DNA of 63,994 nt, filler included, from Dimargaris cristalligena (lineage: Eukaryota), in assembly GCA_003614675.1 (NCBI GenBank). It is 3 parts of 3 records of this genome, joined end to end, with 100 filler letters (N's around TTAATTAATTAA, not from the genome) between each part and the next. Parts side by side here need not be neighbours in the genome. Positions count along the whole stretch, not along the records: positions 1 to 22,076 come from ML002642.1; positions 22,177 to 44,229 come from ML002643.1; 1 more part is not named here. One strand, 5' to 3'. Shown here piece after piece: positions 13,467-25,159 of this stretch. The position numbers were made by a program, and so were the translations under genes. The notes beneath the pieces were generated by a model that saw only the letters and a program-made list of their open reading frames with translations, was not told the origin of the DNA and did not search any database. The stretch's first letter is position 1. Every line of letters begins with the position of its first letter.

Positions 13467-14940
13467 ATGGCGGCCTACTTCAATATTTACGCATTGTTCC
13501 TTTTTTTCAACTTTTTGAACCTGGCCGTACTAGGCCTCGTTATCGCAGTCTCCTGCCAAAATGTCATACGGTCGCCCACCAATGTCATAATATACAACGC
13601 CTACACGGGGTTTTTGTGCCTTCTCCTGTTTTTCGCCGAGTTTCGTCTTCCTGGGTTCGTCCACGAGTATCTCCGCTTTTTATGCACGTACCGGGGTCGG
13701 GGCCTGCTCTATACCTTGTAAGTTTATCGACCCGCACAGTCACCTCCTTGCATTTCACTCGACTGCCCTACATGACTCCACTGTGCCGCCGTGTCGTGTC
13801 CTGTCCCCACTCTCTCACTTTCTAGGCGGAAGGGTAATTCTATGGGCTGATTCGATAACGGGAACCGCAATTACCCCCCTCGTACCTGCGTATTTCGCTG
13901 GTTCGGCTCGCGATCAAAGATTGATTCGGGACTGTTTCTAAATTGAACCACGCCCCCAAGATGCTAGGACCTGACTAAAATTAAATATGTTAAATCTACT
14001 AACCCCGTGTATCCCCCCTCTCCCCCCAATTCTCCACATCCCACTAATTAGTTTCGGTTGTTTAGTATACGCCAATACCGTATTCAATATCGTCGCGTGC
14101 GTGCTGGTAGTGACCGTGGGCGTGGCCTACTTTATTATATCCTGGGTTCCCATGGCGTCGCCCAGTTTCGGCCTACTGGAGAATTGGCGGGCGTGGACCC
14201 ACCAGGGCACGCGGAATCTCTACCGAAATACGACGTCCCAGGCCCGTAAACCCGATCGGCAGAATTCCAAATACGTGGACTTGACGAGTCACCACCACCG
14301 ACAAGTGGCCGAGGATATTCTCGAGTACCACGAGGATCAATTCATGACCGACATACGGGGTGATGATATTGAAATGCTCAAAGCCGACTTGCAGCGGCAT
14401 CCCACCACCCTGGTGACTACGGGTGGGGTGCATACCCACACCTACACCGCGGTCCCACTACCGCCCGAACTCGCCCATAAGATATCGTCAGCTTCAAAGG
14501 CGTCGTCGTCTTCATCATCGTCAACCTCGGGCCCGACTATCACCCCATCCAGCGGCATCACCAGTGGAGTAGTGGCTCCGCCTACCCTAAATACCACGAA
14601 CCCTTTCCAAACGACCAGTCATTACACGTATAACCCCACGTCCCTGGCTATTCATAATTTGGCGCTCGAACTCGAACGGGATTACCCCCACCCCCGGCCC
14701 TACCCTAACCACCCGTCGGCGTCCGCCCACGACGATCACGAAGGCATTACCGCCGATTCGCATTTCTACGAACCGCCTTCGGGCGAGGCCCGATACGAAA
14801 TCTCGCCCCACCCGGAATGGTCGTTCCATGCACCGCCTCTGGAAGTTACCCAGACGACCGAGTCGGACCGGACGCTGACCCATCCCCTCAGTCCCACACA
14901 CGGCGGCAAACGGGGTTATTCGAAAGATCCGTCATTTTAA
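13467..14940 (+). CDS. Tvp15/COPI-associated-like membrane protein with a long disordered C-tail; exons 13467-13717, 14052-14940
   Basis: Four hydrophobic segments. The FLCTYRGRGLLYT-F-FGCL motif is typical of the Tvp15/COPI_assoc family, and splicing rejoins it. Confidence 0.7.
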
Positions 14941-15500
14941 CTCCGCTTAGTTCGACGTTTCCTGACTGATCATGCGTTTTTCTTATTAATAACCCCCCCC
15001 CTCTACACACACACACACATACACGTTGCCCTTGCCATGTCTATAATGACGCGCCGAGGTCATATTATCGTCGGTTGCATCTGCTTGCTTATTTACCTCT
15101 TTACTTGTTATTATCTTCGTGCCTTGAGAGACATCTGCCAATCCTATAGTGCCCAGAGTCGCATGATCTATAACGCCTCGTATTTACACTTCATTACCCT
15201 TTCTTGTATTGCTCTACTCCTATTCCTATTCTTATACATATATTATATATTAACATTCCGTTGCCTGCCTTCACATAGATAGTTATATCCATCTCTCTCT
15301 CAATTAAAATCGGTTCAACAAATATATTATTTATGGATCCGAGCATTATAGGACGGAGCACAACCACATTTAGCAATCGCTACTATGGATACCCAAGAGG
15401 ATTCCTTTATTACGTATTGTGAACCGAAATTGGTGGAATAATAGGCCAGCCAGAGGGGGGTTTGCTAGGGCGCTGAACTAATTTTTCTGCAATATACATC

Positions 15501-16947
15501 TTAGATTACTTCAGTAGGGGTTGGGCTATTCTCCCGGGATTCCTCGATTAGTTTACGCATCATAAATGTAGCCTTGAGGATATTTTTGCGATATTTTGCG
15601 GAGACTGGTACGATGGGAATCTTGGTGCGGGATTGTAACTCGACCAGGTTAGTTTTGGCCATTTCACTCAAGTCGGCCTTATTAGCAATGATCAGCGCGG
15701 ACTTCTCCAACAGGGTCGTGGAGTAAAGTTCCAGTTCCCGCTGGAGGGTGGCCAAGTCATCCCAGGGCCGGGGCTTGCCAATGTCGAGCACATACACCAG
15801 AACGTGGCTCCGCACGATATGGCGGAGAAAGTGATGGCCGAGACCGATATTCTGGTGGGCGCCGGCAATTAGGCCGGGAATGTCGGCGAGGGTGATTTGC
15901 TGCAGGTCGTCGTAGTCCACTGTACCGAGGTAAGGGTTGAGGGTAGTGAAAGGGTAAGGGGCCACTTTCGGGTGGGCATTGGATACGGCGGACAGGAACG
16001 TGGATTTGCCGGCGTTCGGTAGACCCACGAGGCCAGCATCAGCGATGGTTTTTAGTTCCAGTTCCAGCCACCGGGCCTCGCCTAACAGACCCCTCAGAGC
16101 GAAGCGGGGGGTGCGCACGTCACCCGACGCAAAGAAGGCATTTCCGAGACCGCCCAGCCCCCCCTGGGCCACTACTGTTTCCGTGCCCGGCTGGACAAGA
16201 TCCAGCTGGAGGCGGTTGGCGGGCCGGTCGGGATGGGGTACGAGGTATTCCTTGGGAATGGTGGCGTTTTTAGTTTCGCCCTGATCTTCCCAGCCCGGGA
16301 AATAGACAAACCGACCCGAGACCTCCTCGGGTTTGGCTTCCTCCCAGACCCGACGTCCCTTCACCGGTACTTCCGTTTGGACGGGGATAGGACCGGTGGC
16401 GACGGGCACTTCGCGGGGGAGGTGGGGCGGATCAATTTCGCGGATGACGGTCCCGGGGGGTACCCGCACAATAAGGTCATCCCCGTTGGAACCGTGTTTC
16501 GACTTGCCGCCTCCGTTGCCCCCAGGCTGGGCCCGGCAGGTGGATTCAACAAAATTGAGACTCGTCTCCTGGGGATCGACCCGGAAAATCACGTTCCCGC
16601 CTCGTCCGCCGTGGCCACCATTGGGGGGACCGTTTTCAACATACTTTTCGCGCAGGAAACTGACACAGCCATTGCCGCCTTTGCCGGCGCGTACCGCAAT
16701 CCGACGGATATCTTTAAAGTTACCGGTCTAGATACGATGGGTGGGGGCATTAAACCAATGTAGCGGAAAGGTCAGTGAAGTGAGCGGTGGGAAGGTTTTC
16801 AATGTACCTAGGCTCATTATGAGAGAGGGGGGGTATGGTTAGACATTGGGTCGGTGGATGGTCGAGTCTGCTATACAGCCCATGGGCCTGGTCCCCACAC
16901 TTCGGAAAGGTGATTTAGGTTACCTTTTGGAAAATTTTATAGCTCAT
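15501..16947 (-). CDS. MTG2: Mitochondrial Obg-family GTPase; exons 16947-16924 (possibly extended upstream, see findings), 16727-15501
   Basis: GKGGNGCVSFLREKY..GPPNGGHGGRGG Obg fold, ELELKTIADAGLVGLPNAGKST, YPFTTLNP, DIPG, ANKAD, VSAK. Confidence 0.93.
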
Positions 16948-17553
16948 GGCTGAGGCGAAGTCCACTAATGGGTGGCCTGTAAATAGATCGGAGTGGTGGG
17001 TCTGGGGAGGTTGGCAGTTTCGGAATGCACTAATGGGGTGGACTAGGTAATATTTTAGAGAAGTTGGGAATCGGCGAAGAAAAGAGTTATGTGATATTAT
17101 CGAGAAAGAGACTTACTCGCCTTTTATATTTATAGCTGGTATTCTACACTGTGTGTGTTGGGTTCTTTCTTCTAAGTTTGGACAGGAGCCGCAGCAACCA
17201 TGTATCGGAGTATCCATGCTGACCCAGGCAGCTTTATTATATAGTAATAAAAACTTCTTAGGCATGTTAATAGCTACTTTACGGTGGAATATATGCCATT
17301 TATAGCGATGCATCCTTGGGCACTTTGCCTTTTTTATACGCTACATTTCACCTTTGAGTGACTCATTCATTAGGCGGCAGCTGTGACTACAGTTTCTTTA
17401 AAAATGCTCCCACCCACCGTATCAAAACCCATTTTTCCCAGCTCCAAGCAGAGCCGGTCCTCTTTATCACTCAACCTTATTGATTGCATTGGCAGCTCAT
17501 TCTCTCTCATTCTTTTTCTCACCTCTACTCCCTTTCGCTTCTCTACTTCCGCC

Positions 17554-18483
17554 ATGACCTCACCACCCGCCAAAGAAAAGCCCATCAACTCCCTGCTTGC
17601 CGGGGCCGTGGCTGGGGCCGTCGAAGCCACCATCACGTATCCCACCGAGTACGTCAAGACCCAGGTCCAGCTCCAAGGGGCCAGCCCGTCCACCGCCAAC
17701 CGCCTCGCCTTCAAAGGCCCTCTGGACTGCGTGGCCCAAACTGTGCGCACCCAAGGCATCACCGCGCTCTACCGGGGCCTGTCTGCGATGGTCATTGGCA
17801 CGGCCGCCAAAGCCGGAGTCCGGTTCCTCTCCTACGACTTTTACAAGGCCCAGCTGGCCGACGAGCGGGGTCAACTGACCGGGTCGCGGTCCCTCCTGGC
17901 GGGCCTGGCCGCGGGTATGACGGAAGCCTTTCTGGTGGTCACCCCCACCGAGGCCATCAAAACCAAACTAATCCACGACCAGAATTTGGCTAACCCACAA
18001 TACCGGGGATTAGTCCACGGCGTGTCGTCAATTCTCCGGCAGCAAGGCCTACCGGGTATCTACAGCGGGTTATTTGCCGTGATGCTTCGACAGGGTGCCA
18101 ACGCCGCCGTGCGGTTCTCGGCCTACAACGCCATTAAGCAGTGGGTGATTAATCGCAAATACCCCACGGACGACCCCGCCATGGCCCCGCCGCCGAATTT
18201 GGTGCTGCCCTGGACGACCACCTTCATGATCGGAATGGCCGCGGGTACCATCACCGTGTACACCACGATGCCCGTGGATGTACTAAAGACGAAAATGCAG
18301 GGTATTAATGCCAAGGCCCTGTACCGGAACTCGTTCCACTGCGTTTGGCGGACCTTCCAAGAAGAGGGTGTGCTGGCCTTTTGGAAGGGAGCGACCCCGC
18401 GGTTGTCACGACTAATGTTCTCGGGGGGCATTGTCTTTAGTGTGTATGAGCAGGTGATTGCGGTGATGCGGGCTATCAACTAA
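17554..18483 (+). CDS. CTP1: Mitochondrial citrate/tricarboxylate carrier (SLC25A1-like), intronless
   Basis: Three carrier repeats (YPTEYVKTQ, TPTEAIKTK, MPVDVLKTK), KAGVRF, RQGANAAVRF and GATPRLSRL. An upstream in-frame ATG at 17404 is an alternative start. Confidence 0.92.
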   Translation: MTSPPAKEKPINSLLAGAVAGAVEATITYPTEYVKTQVQLQGASPSTANRLAFKGPLDCVAQTVRTQGITALYRGLSAMVIGTAAKAGVRFLSYDFYKAQLADERGQLTGSRSLLAGLAAGMTEAFLVVTPTEAIKTKLIHDQNLANPQYRGLVHGVSSILRQQGLPGIYSGLFAVMLRQGANAAVRFSAYNAIKQWVINRKYPTDDPAMAPPPNLVLPWTTTFMIGMAAGTITVYTTMPVDVLKTKMQGINAKALYRNSFHCVWRTFQEEGVLAFWKGATPRLSRLMFSGGIVFSVYEQVIAVMRAIN

Positions 18484-19449
18484 GTTTCCCATCTCTCTCT
18501 GTTGTTTTCCCTTTTTGTTTCGCTTTTTTGGTATCTCACATGACCCACTGGCCATTTTCCCCCTCCTACGGCAACCCGAACTGTTGGGAGACATCGGCGC
18601 AGTGAACGATCTCCATGCTCCACTCTTGATATATCCCTTTTAAAAACAACTGCCCGGGTAACAGGTGCCGATTCTCGCGTTTATATATAAATATACTAGA
18701 TCTACACATGTATTTGTTTGGGTAACTGTATTATCCGCTGCCTTTCATAGCATTCTTGTATCCACCCCACTAAAGAGTCGACTACGCGCACAGCACAGGG
18801 GTTAGAATTATGTGGCTATGCCTCCACTACTATAGTCGGAATCCATTCTGAGGAATCGGACGGACGCTCCGCTGGGGGGTTTCCTAACCGCTTTAAGTAT
18901 TTCCTTGGAGCTCCCCCCTGGTTAACGGGTGTTTTAGTGGAAAGTCGAGTTGTAATCATGGCGCATCCCATTCAGAATACCGAATAATATCAAAGTCCTG
19001 TAAGTCTATCCGGCTGATTTTTTGAACAAAGCGAGGAGGGTAATGTCACTCAATATTCCCAAGCTAGTTCCTAGATACTGGGGTTATAGAGCTAATATGG
19101 ATCCACAATCTTCCAGATTTTGCTCTGTTCTATTTCAATGAACTCCCTAGGAAACATACCTGTGTACTATTGTCACAATTCCTTTTAAAGCATCCACTCA
19201 CCAAGTCTTACTACTTCCCCCCCCCTTTATTATCCTTGGCTTGTAGACTAGTACGCAGTTCTGGAGTCATAGGGAACCATCATCGTGCACCCCCACCCAG
19301 GTAGTGTTGTACCGCAGTGTTCAGGCACATAAGATCAGCAGGGTAATAAAGTGGCATACTTCCCATCGGGGGAGCTACCTCGATTCCCTTACCTTGACAG
19401 TGGATTCTCCTACTGTACGGGATCCCCTTGTCAATTGGAATTCCCAACC

Positions 19450-20886
19450 ATGCTCACATTGGCCACCACTCCTCCGACCCATTCCGTTGGATTGGAGCTC
19501 CTGCAATGGCTGCTCAGTCCAGCCCGGTTCTCACTAGGCCGTCGCCTCATAGGCTCACTCACCACCCACGACCAGGTACGTCTAGCAGCCACCTGCCATT
19601 TGCTGCGCCATCTGGTTGAACCCATTTACCAGTTGGATTGTCAGCATAGGGTTGGCGAAGAGCCCATGGCCCCGGCCCTGGCCCGGATTCTCTCATCCCA
19701 GGGGGACGCCATTCGTTCGTTGGAAATCCAACTCCTGGCACAAACCCTCGCCGACGATAGTGACGCCGCCTGGGCCGAAGCGCACCGCATCTTCCGTCGG
19801 CTATCCCATTTGGACTCGCTGACGGTGCAATTGGATAGTTTCGGGCTATGGCCTGTGGTGGCTGACTGGCTGACGAGTCTTCCGAAGGCTCCACGTCAGT
19901 TAAATGTGGTGATTGCGAATGACGACTGTTTCAACGAACCTGAACCCGAATCCGAGGCTGACGCCATCAGTGAGGGGTGTATCCCCGATGCTACCTGCGA
20001 TTTTCTCGGGCGAATCCGAAGCTTAAGTCTCCACGTGGCCCTCGATATCGAGGATTTCGGCATCGAAGTGGTTTCGGCCGATTCCATCGCGGGTTTCCTA
20101 TACCCGTTCGTAGGACTTCGGTCTCTTCGCATCAACTCTAAGACTACCAATGATAGTTTAACTCAGTTACTAGTGAATAATTTCTCAACTTTGGATCGAC
20201 TGGAACTAATCGGGGGCCAGTGGAACTGCGGAATCTTATTTAACCCCGACCAATTGACTTTCCGCCGCCTGACGGGCCTTGAACTCGCTTTGGATAATAA
20301 TGAGGCCAGCGCCGGCAGTTTTTCGCGCATATGCGCACTGAACTACCCCTATTTAACAAATCTGAAACTACATTATTCTAACTACCTATACGAGAGTGAC
20401 CAGCTGATCAATCGTGACCAAATTCAACTGTTCGACCAACCCTGGTCTTCGATCACTTCCCTTACCATTACCAATACACTCCTCTCCGATATGCTGGGCT
20501 CGCTTATTGTCCACCACTTCCCTAAACTTACCCATGTGCGTATCAGTGAATGTCCCAACATGGCCCCTATATGTATTGAGATGGTGTCCAAATGCCGCCA
20601 ACTTTCCTCGGTAGCATTATGGTTTTGTAACAAGGCGGAGGCTTCGGCATTTTGGGAAAGCGACTTTACCAATCATTCAGTGACGCGGTTATCCCTTAGT
20701 CATGTAGTATGCCCCGACTTCTTAAACACGGCCCTACGGCGCCTTCCCAATCTCCAAGAGATTGGCCTTCCAGCCGACCAATCAGCCGATTCAGGCCCCG
20801 ATTTTTATCACAAGCATCCTGGAATCCGTCGTGTAAACGATTGTAATCCGGGTCAATATGAGGATCGAATCCCGTTCCTCGAATAG
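19450..20886 (+). CDS. Putative F-box-like / RNI-type leucine-rich-repeat protein, intronless
   Basis: N-terminal LIGSLTTHDQVRLAATCHLLRHLV resembles an F-box. Repeated LxxLxL motifs (LSHLDSLTV, LRSLRI, LTGLEL, LTNLKL, FPKLTHVRI, LPNLQEI). The start is uncertain. Confidence 0.6.
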   Translation: MLTLATTPPTHSVGLELLQWLLSPARFSLGRRLIGSLTTHDQVRLAATCHLLRHLVEPIYQLDCQHRVGEEPMAPALARILSSQGDAIRSLEIQLLAQTLADDSDAAWAEAHRIFRRLSHLDSLTVQLDSFGLWPVVADWLTSLPKAPRQLNVVIANDDCFNEPEPESEADAISEGCIPDATCDFLGRIRSLSLHVALDIEDFGIEVVSADSIAGFLYPFVGLRSLRINSKTTNDSLTQLLVNNFSTLDRLELIGGQWNCGILFNPDQLTFRRLTGLELALDNNEASAGSFSRICALNYPYLTNLKLHYSNYLYESDQLINRDQIQLFDQPWSSITSLTITNTLLSDMLGSLIVHHFPKLTHVRISECPNMAPICIEMVSKCRQLSSVALWFCNKAEASAFWESDFTNHSVTRLSLSHVVCPDFLNTALRRLPNLQEIGLPADQSADSGPDFYHKHPGIRRVNDCNPGQYEDRIPFLE

Positions 20887-20919
20887 GGATCCCTTTTGAT
20901 TCAGCCAGTTTAATCCGCT

Positions 20920-22076
20920 GCCCAGCTGTCTGTTGTCACAAAAACACTAGTGTATCTGGTATCCAAACCACTGTATCTAAAAATTGTATTAATCTATCTA
21001 ATCAATTACTGGTATGCCTATCCATTCAATGGCACCACATCCAACCTTTGTAAGGAAAATAATAATAGCCTCAAATAAATATATGCTGTCAGCTTGACTA
21101 TACTATAAGCCACATGAGCCATAGAAAAGCCCAGTAATGACCAAAGTATTATATTGCTGTAAAGTGCAGAAAAAGCATAGTATATCTGGTTACTTAATTT
21201 CTTTACTGATTATGACTCTATCATTAATAGATAAAATAACAGTTTTATGCTTATACCTTGTTGCCTGAGTTAACTACCCTTAGTCCATTAAGAGTCCTGA
21301 GGATAGGCTTCTAACAGTAGACAGGGCTTTGGCTTAGCCAAGTGGGCTACTAGTATCAGGTACAGGCATGGTGCTAACTAATAAAGGCCAAGTGCAGGTA
21401 TAGGTAAGGGACATGCAGTGGGCATACTTACTAGTCAGTATAAAGGGGGTGAGTATATATAGGGTTTATTAGGGTAAACCAAGGTGTAAGAATAAGATAA
21501 GGAATTTAACCAGCCCCAATGGGGCCCAGTTATATATACATAGGAACAACTCCAGAGGGAGGTCCTGGGGGAATGATACTACTAAGACTAAGGTATAGGT
21601 AACTAGGCTAACTGGATGGCCATTAGTATCTGGAAGATTCTGATGGTAACTAGAAGAGTCTTTGGATCAGCACCTGAGTGATTAGTGTAAAACAGTGGGT
21701 TCTAGAAGGGGAACAGTTATATGGTATAGGGTAATCTCATAGTACCATGGGTGACTATGGGATGGTTAATATGGCATTATAAGGCCTAATAGGGACAGGC
21801 ACTAATGTGTCTGGATTAGGGCAGATTAGATGGTCTGACAAATACTAAGTTAAATTTTGAATAGTAGTTGGTGTAATTATGGTCCCACTGATTCAATAGT
21901 TTCACTCTTTGTTAAACATGCTGAATAGAGTTTAGTAAGCTGCATCAGCTATTTGGCTTTTCAACTGGTCCATAGAAAACGATGTGGGTGAAGCTCAGCT
22001 TGGTTATATAAGGGTTTAACTGATATGTGTATGGGAAAATTGGTGGGATGTTTATTTTCAACCAGTAGTACTTGCC
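20920..22076. mobile_element. CpG-depleted degenerate repeat or transposon relic, running into the contig end
   Basis: By eye, only one CpG (21980-21981) between 20941 and 22076, versus abundant CpG elsewhere. No ORF in the track. Family not identifiable. Confidence 0.5.
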
Positions 22077-22176
22077 NNNNNNNNNNNNNNNNNNNNNNNN
22101 NNNNNNNNNNNNNNNNNNNNTTAATTAATTAANNNNNNNNNNNNNNNNNNNNNNNNNNNNNNNNNNNNNNNNNNNN
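22077..22176. other. Artificial contig linker (44 N + TTAATTAATTAA + 44 N)
   Basis: Six-frame stop spacer inside Ns. An identical copy is at 44230-44329. Confidence 0.98.

Positions 22177-22233
<57 letters not shown>
22177..22233. repeat. (ACT)19 microsatellite at the contig start, just upstream of the RDI1 ATG
   Basis: Read directly from the sequence. Confidence 0.95.
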
Positions 22234-22242
22234 GTCAACACT

Positions 22243-24078
22243 ATGGCTACTAACCCTAACCAGCGCATCGAGGACGAGCTTGTGGCCACCGAAACCGAAG
22301 GCTACAAGGTCGGCGAAAAGAAGACGCTCGAGGAGTACCAGAATCTGGATGCCAACGATGAGTCGCTCAATCGGTGGAAGCAGTCCCTCGGTATCGGGCA
22401 GAGCACCACCAGCCCCGCCAACGACCCCCGCCGGGTGGTCATTGAAAGTTTGGCCCTCGAGGTAGCTGGACGTCCCGACGTTCTGCTCGACCTCTCCACT
22501 CCCCGTAAGTGTCTTTATATATATACCTATATATATGGTTTGGCCGCTGTACATGGTAGTCATCCGAATGCGCCATTCAGTTGGGATGTTCCTGGGGTTT
22601 CCATCCGCTTGTTTGTCATGTGTCCGGCGATAGACGGCTGAGCGAGGGGCCCCTCCTGGCTTCTTCTTCTACCCTTGGCTCCTTTTAGACTCTCCTCCCT
22701 TTCGTCCACGTGGTATTGGCAAAAAAATAACGAGTACCCTACCCTTTACCCGTAGTGGCGGGGCCGCATACACTCCCCATCTCTGGTGGTAAAGGGTCTG
22801 TGGCCTCTAAAAGGACGGGAACCCCGGGTTAGTAGGGCTAACTCCGACGAAGCTGGGGGAGAGCGTCTTGAAGTGACCTTATGGCTATTCCGTCCATTGG
22901 GCTGCTGCGGTGGTGGACCGGTAGTAACTTCCCTGGCCACTTTTGTCTTTAACCAAACCTGGTCGCCAGCCCCAAAATACCCTCCTCCCCCTTCACCTCG
23001 ATGACTGTTTATTCTTCGGCGATCATTGGGCTAGTATCATCATCTCCCTCGGTACTTTCCTGGTCCGCCCCCTCTTCACCCTTCCACCACCTCCATGTCC
23101 TTATTGCCTGTTGGCACGAATCACGTGGAGTATAAATCTGGGTGGATCTCTCTGACTCTCCCCTTCACTGAATAAGACCCCCCACAGTTATCTATGGTTG
23201 GGAAAAGAAGGAGGGACGTGAAGGGAGAGGGTGCTTGATCACCAGAGCTAAACAATCAGCAACGTATTGTTCGCATTGGCTTAGCATTTTCCCAAGCCTT
23301 CCAGTAAACTATACCCATTCCCAACATGGATACTAACCCCTTTTGCTTACTCTCCTGCAATGGGTGCTCCTCATACATCCAACGGCGTCCCTTCGTCTCC
23401 ATGAACTGATAGAGGCCATTCAAAAGATCAAGGAAACCCCTGTTACTATCAAGGAGGGTGTTGAATACCGCCTCAAGGTGAAGTTCCGGTAAGTTCTTCT
23501 GGTCGCCCCCATTCAATTGATACCACCACTCATACATCATGCCTACCCGGTTATATTCTTTGGGCCACCGCTAATGATCGACCCATATTCTGTTTATTCC
23601 GATAATGGCGCGCTGTTCTTTAGTGTCCAACATGATGTCGTTTCGGGGCTTAAATTCCTGCAAGTGGTCAAGCGCAAGGGTATCCCAGGTAAGTTTCCGC
23701 AAATCGGGTTATTTGATCCATAAGCACACCGATAATTCCCGATCTACCCCCTCCATTACAGCCTGGGACGTGCATATTTATTTATGGCTCTGGCGCACGG
23801 ACGGTAGCCCCATATAGCATATCCATGCAATTTATTTACCAATGGTTTCCTAATATCCCCTTTCTCTGCCCCACAATGTAGTCGACAAGTCTCAGGAGAT
23901 GATTGGCAGCTACGGCCCAGCGGTCGCTCCTTATGAGAAGAAGTTCCTGCCCGAGGAGGCCCCCAAGGGCATGCTTGCCCGTGGCAACTACAAGGCCAAG
24001 AGCCGGTTCGAAGACGACGACCGCGTCGTCCACGCCGAATGGGAATGGACCTTCGATATCAAGAAAGACTGGGAGTAG
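22243..24078 (+). CDS. RDI1: Rho GDP-dissociation inhibitor; exons 22243-22504, 23413-23488, 23624-23688, 23882-24078
   Basis: GYKVGEKKTLEEYQNLDANDESLNRWKQSLG, TIKEGVEY, VVSGLKFLQVVKRKG, EMIGSYGP, EEAPKGMLARGNY, FDIKKDWE. Confidence 0.96.
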
Positions 24079-25159
24079 AGTTCGACCCGAATTCATTTAT
24101 ATTTATAAGTGGTTCGGTTGCTTTCTCTTATTTTATTTTTTTGTATCGGCTCGCGGGTCCTTCGTCCCATCCTTTCGCCTTTTCCACGGGAGTTTCATGA
24201 ACAGCTCCTCATTGCACCTGTGCCTGTGCCTCTCCCCCTTTAAAAGATGCCATTGGGATCCGTCATTTGTTTGTTGTGTGTGCTTCTCGTCATGACTTTT
24301 ATTATTGCTCAAACATGCCCCCCTCTCTCTCTCCCACTTTTCTATTTCTGTTTTGAATATTCATTCCATGTGTAAGGGCTGGTATCGGCCTTTTCAACGC
24401 TCGAAAACACCCGAATCCCCGGGGGTTGAAATTAATTTCGCTTTAATTGGCAATCCTTTCGGTAGGGTTCTTTTCATTTTCATTTTGGAATATTCTCATT
24501 TCCATTTATTCGATTCTAAGTGATTTTTTTAAATAGGCTGGTTTTGACAGTTGGGGGAGTTGGTTGGACTTGGGTGAGTTTGGCCCTAGGATCCAGCTGG
24601 GGTGAGAATAGCCATCCATCAGACCACCTCGAGTATTCACCCAACTGTCTTGCCCCCTCTTCTCTCTCTCCCCCCATATCCTACTTTCCTTTTTTTATTT
24701 TTGTTGGTTTCCCCAGAGGCATGTTTTTGCCTTGGTTTCCTTAATCTCTTAAATAAAGTTAACCCAATCTACAACCCCAAGTACAGTAGTCCCATATCTG
24801 GATCCGACCTTACCGGAAAGGCCAACCACTAATGGAGAAGTGATACACTATTACTTTCTAATTACAAATCTGAATGATGAATAGTACGCTCGTTTAAACT
24901 ACATAGAAAAATCAACGATATAATCTATTGAACCTCGCGAACATATAATAAAGCTAAGCCGGAAAAGAACTCATAAACATAGTTTATAGTGAAAAGATAT
25001 GGACCTCAAACTTAGAAACAGGCAATCTCCCCAGCACCACACCCACCTCCTTCCTACCTCGGACAACCACCGGTTAGCGGATGAGGGAGGAGGAGAACAT
25101 GAGAGACGCACTTTTGCGGACGATTAATAAAAACCAGAGATAAAATCAAAAAAGGGTGT

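Noticed and set aside
22077-22176. TTAATTAATTAA palindrome inside N runs (also 44230-44329)
   Set aside because: Artificial six-frame-stop contig spacer. Gene neighbourhoods across it carry no biological meaning.
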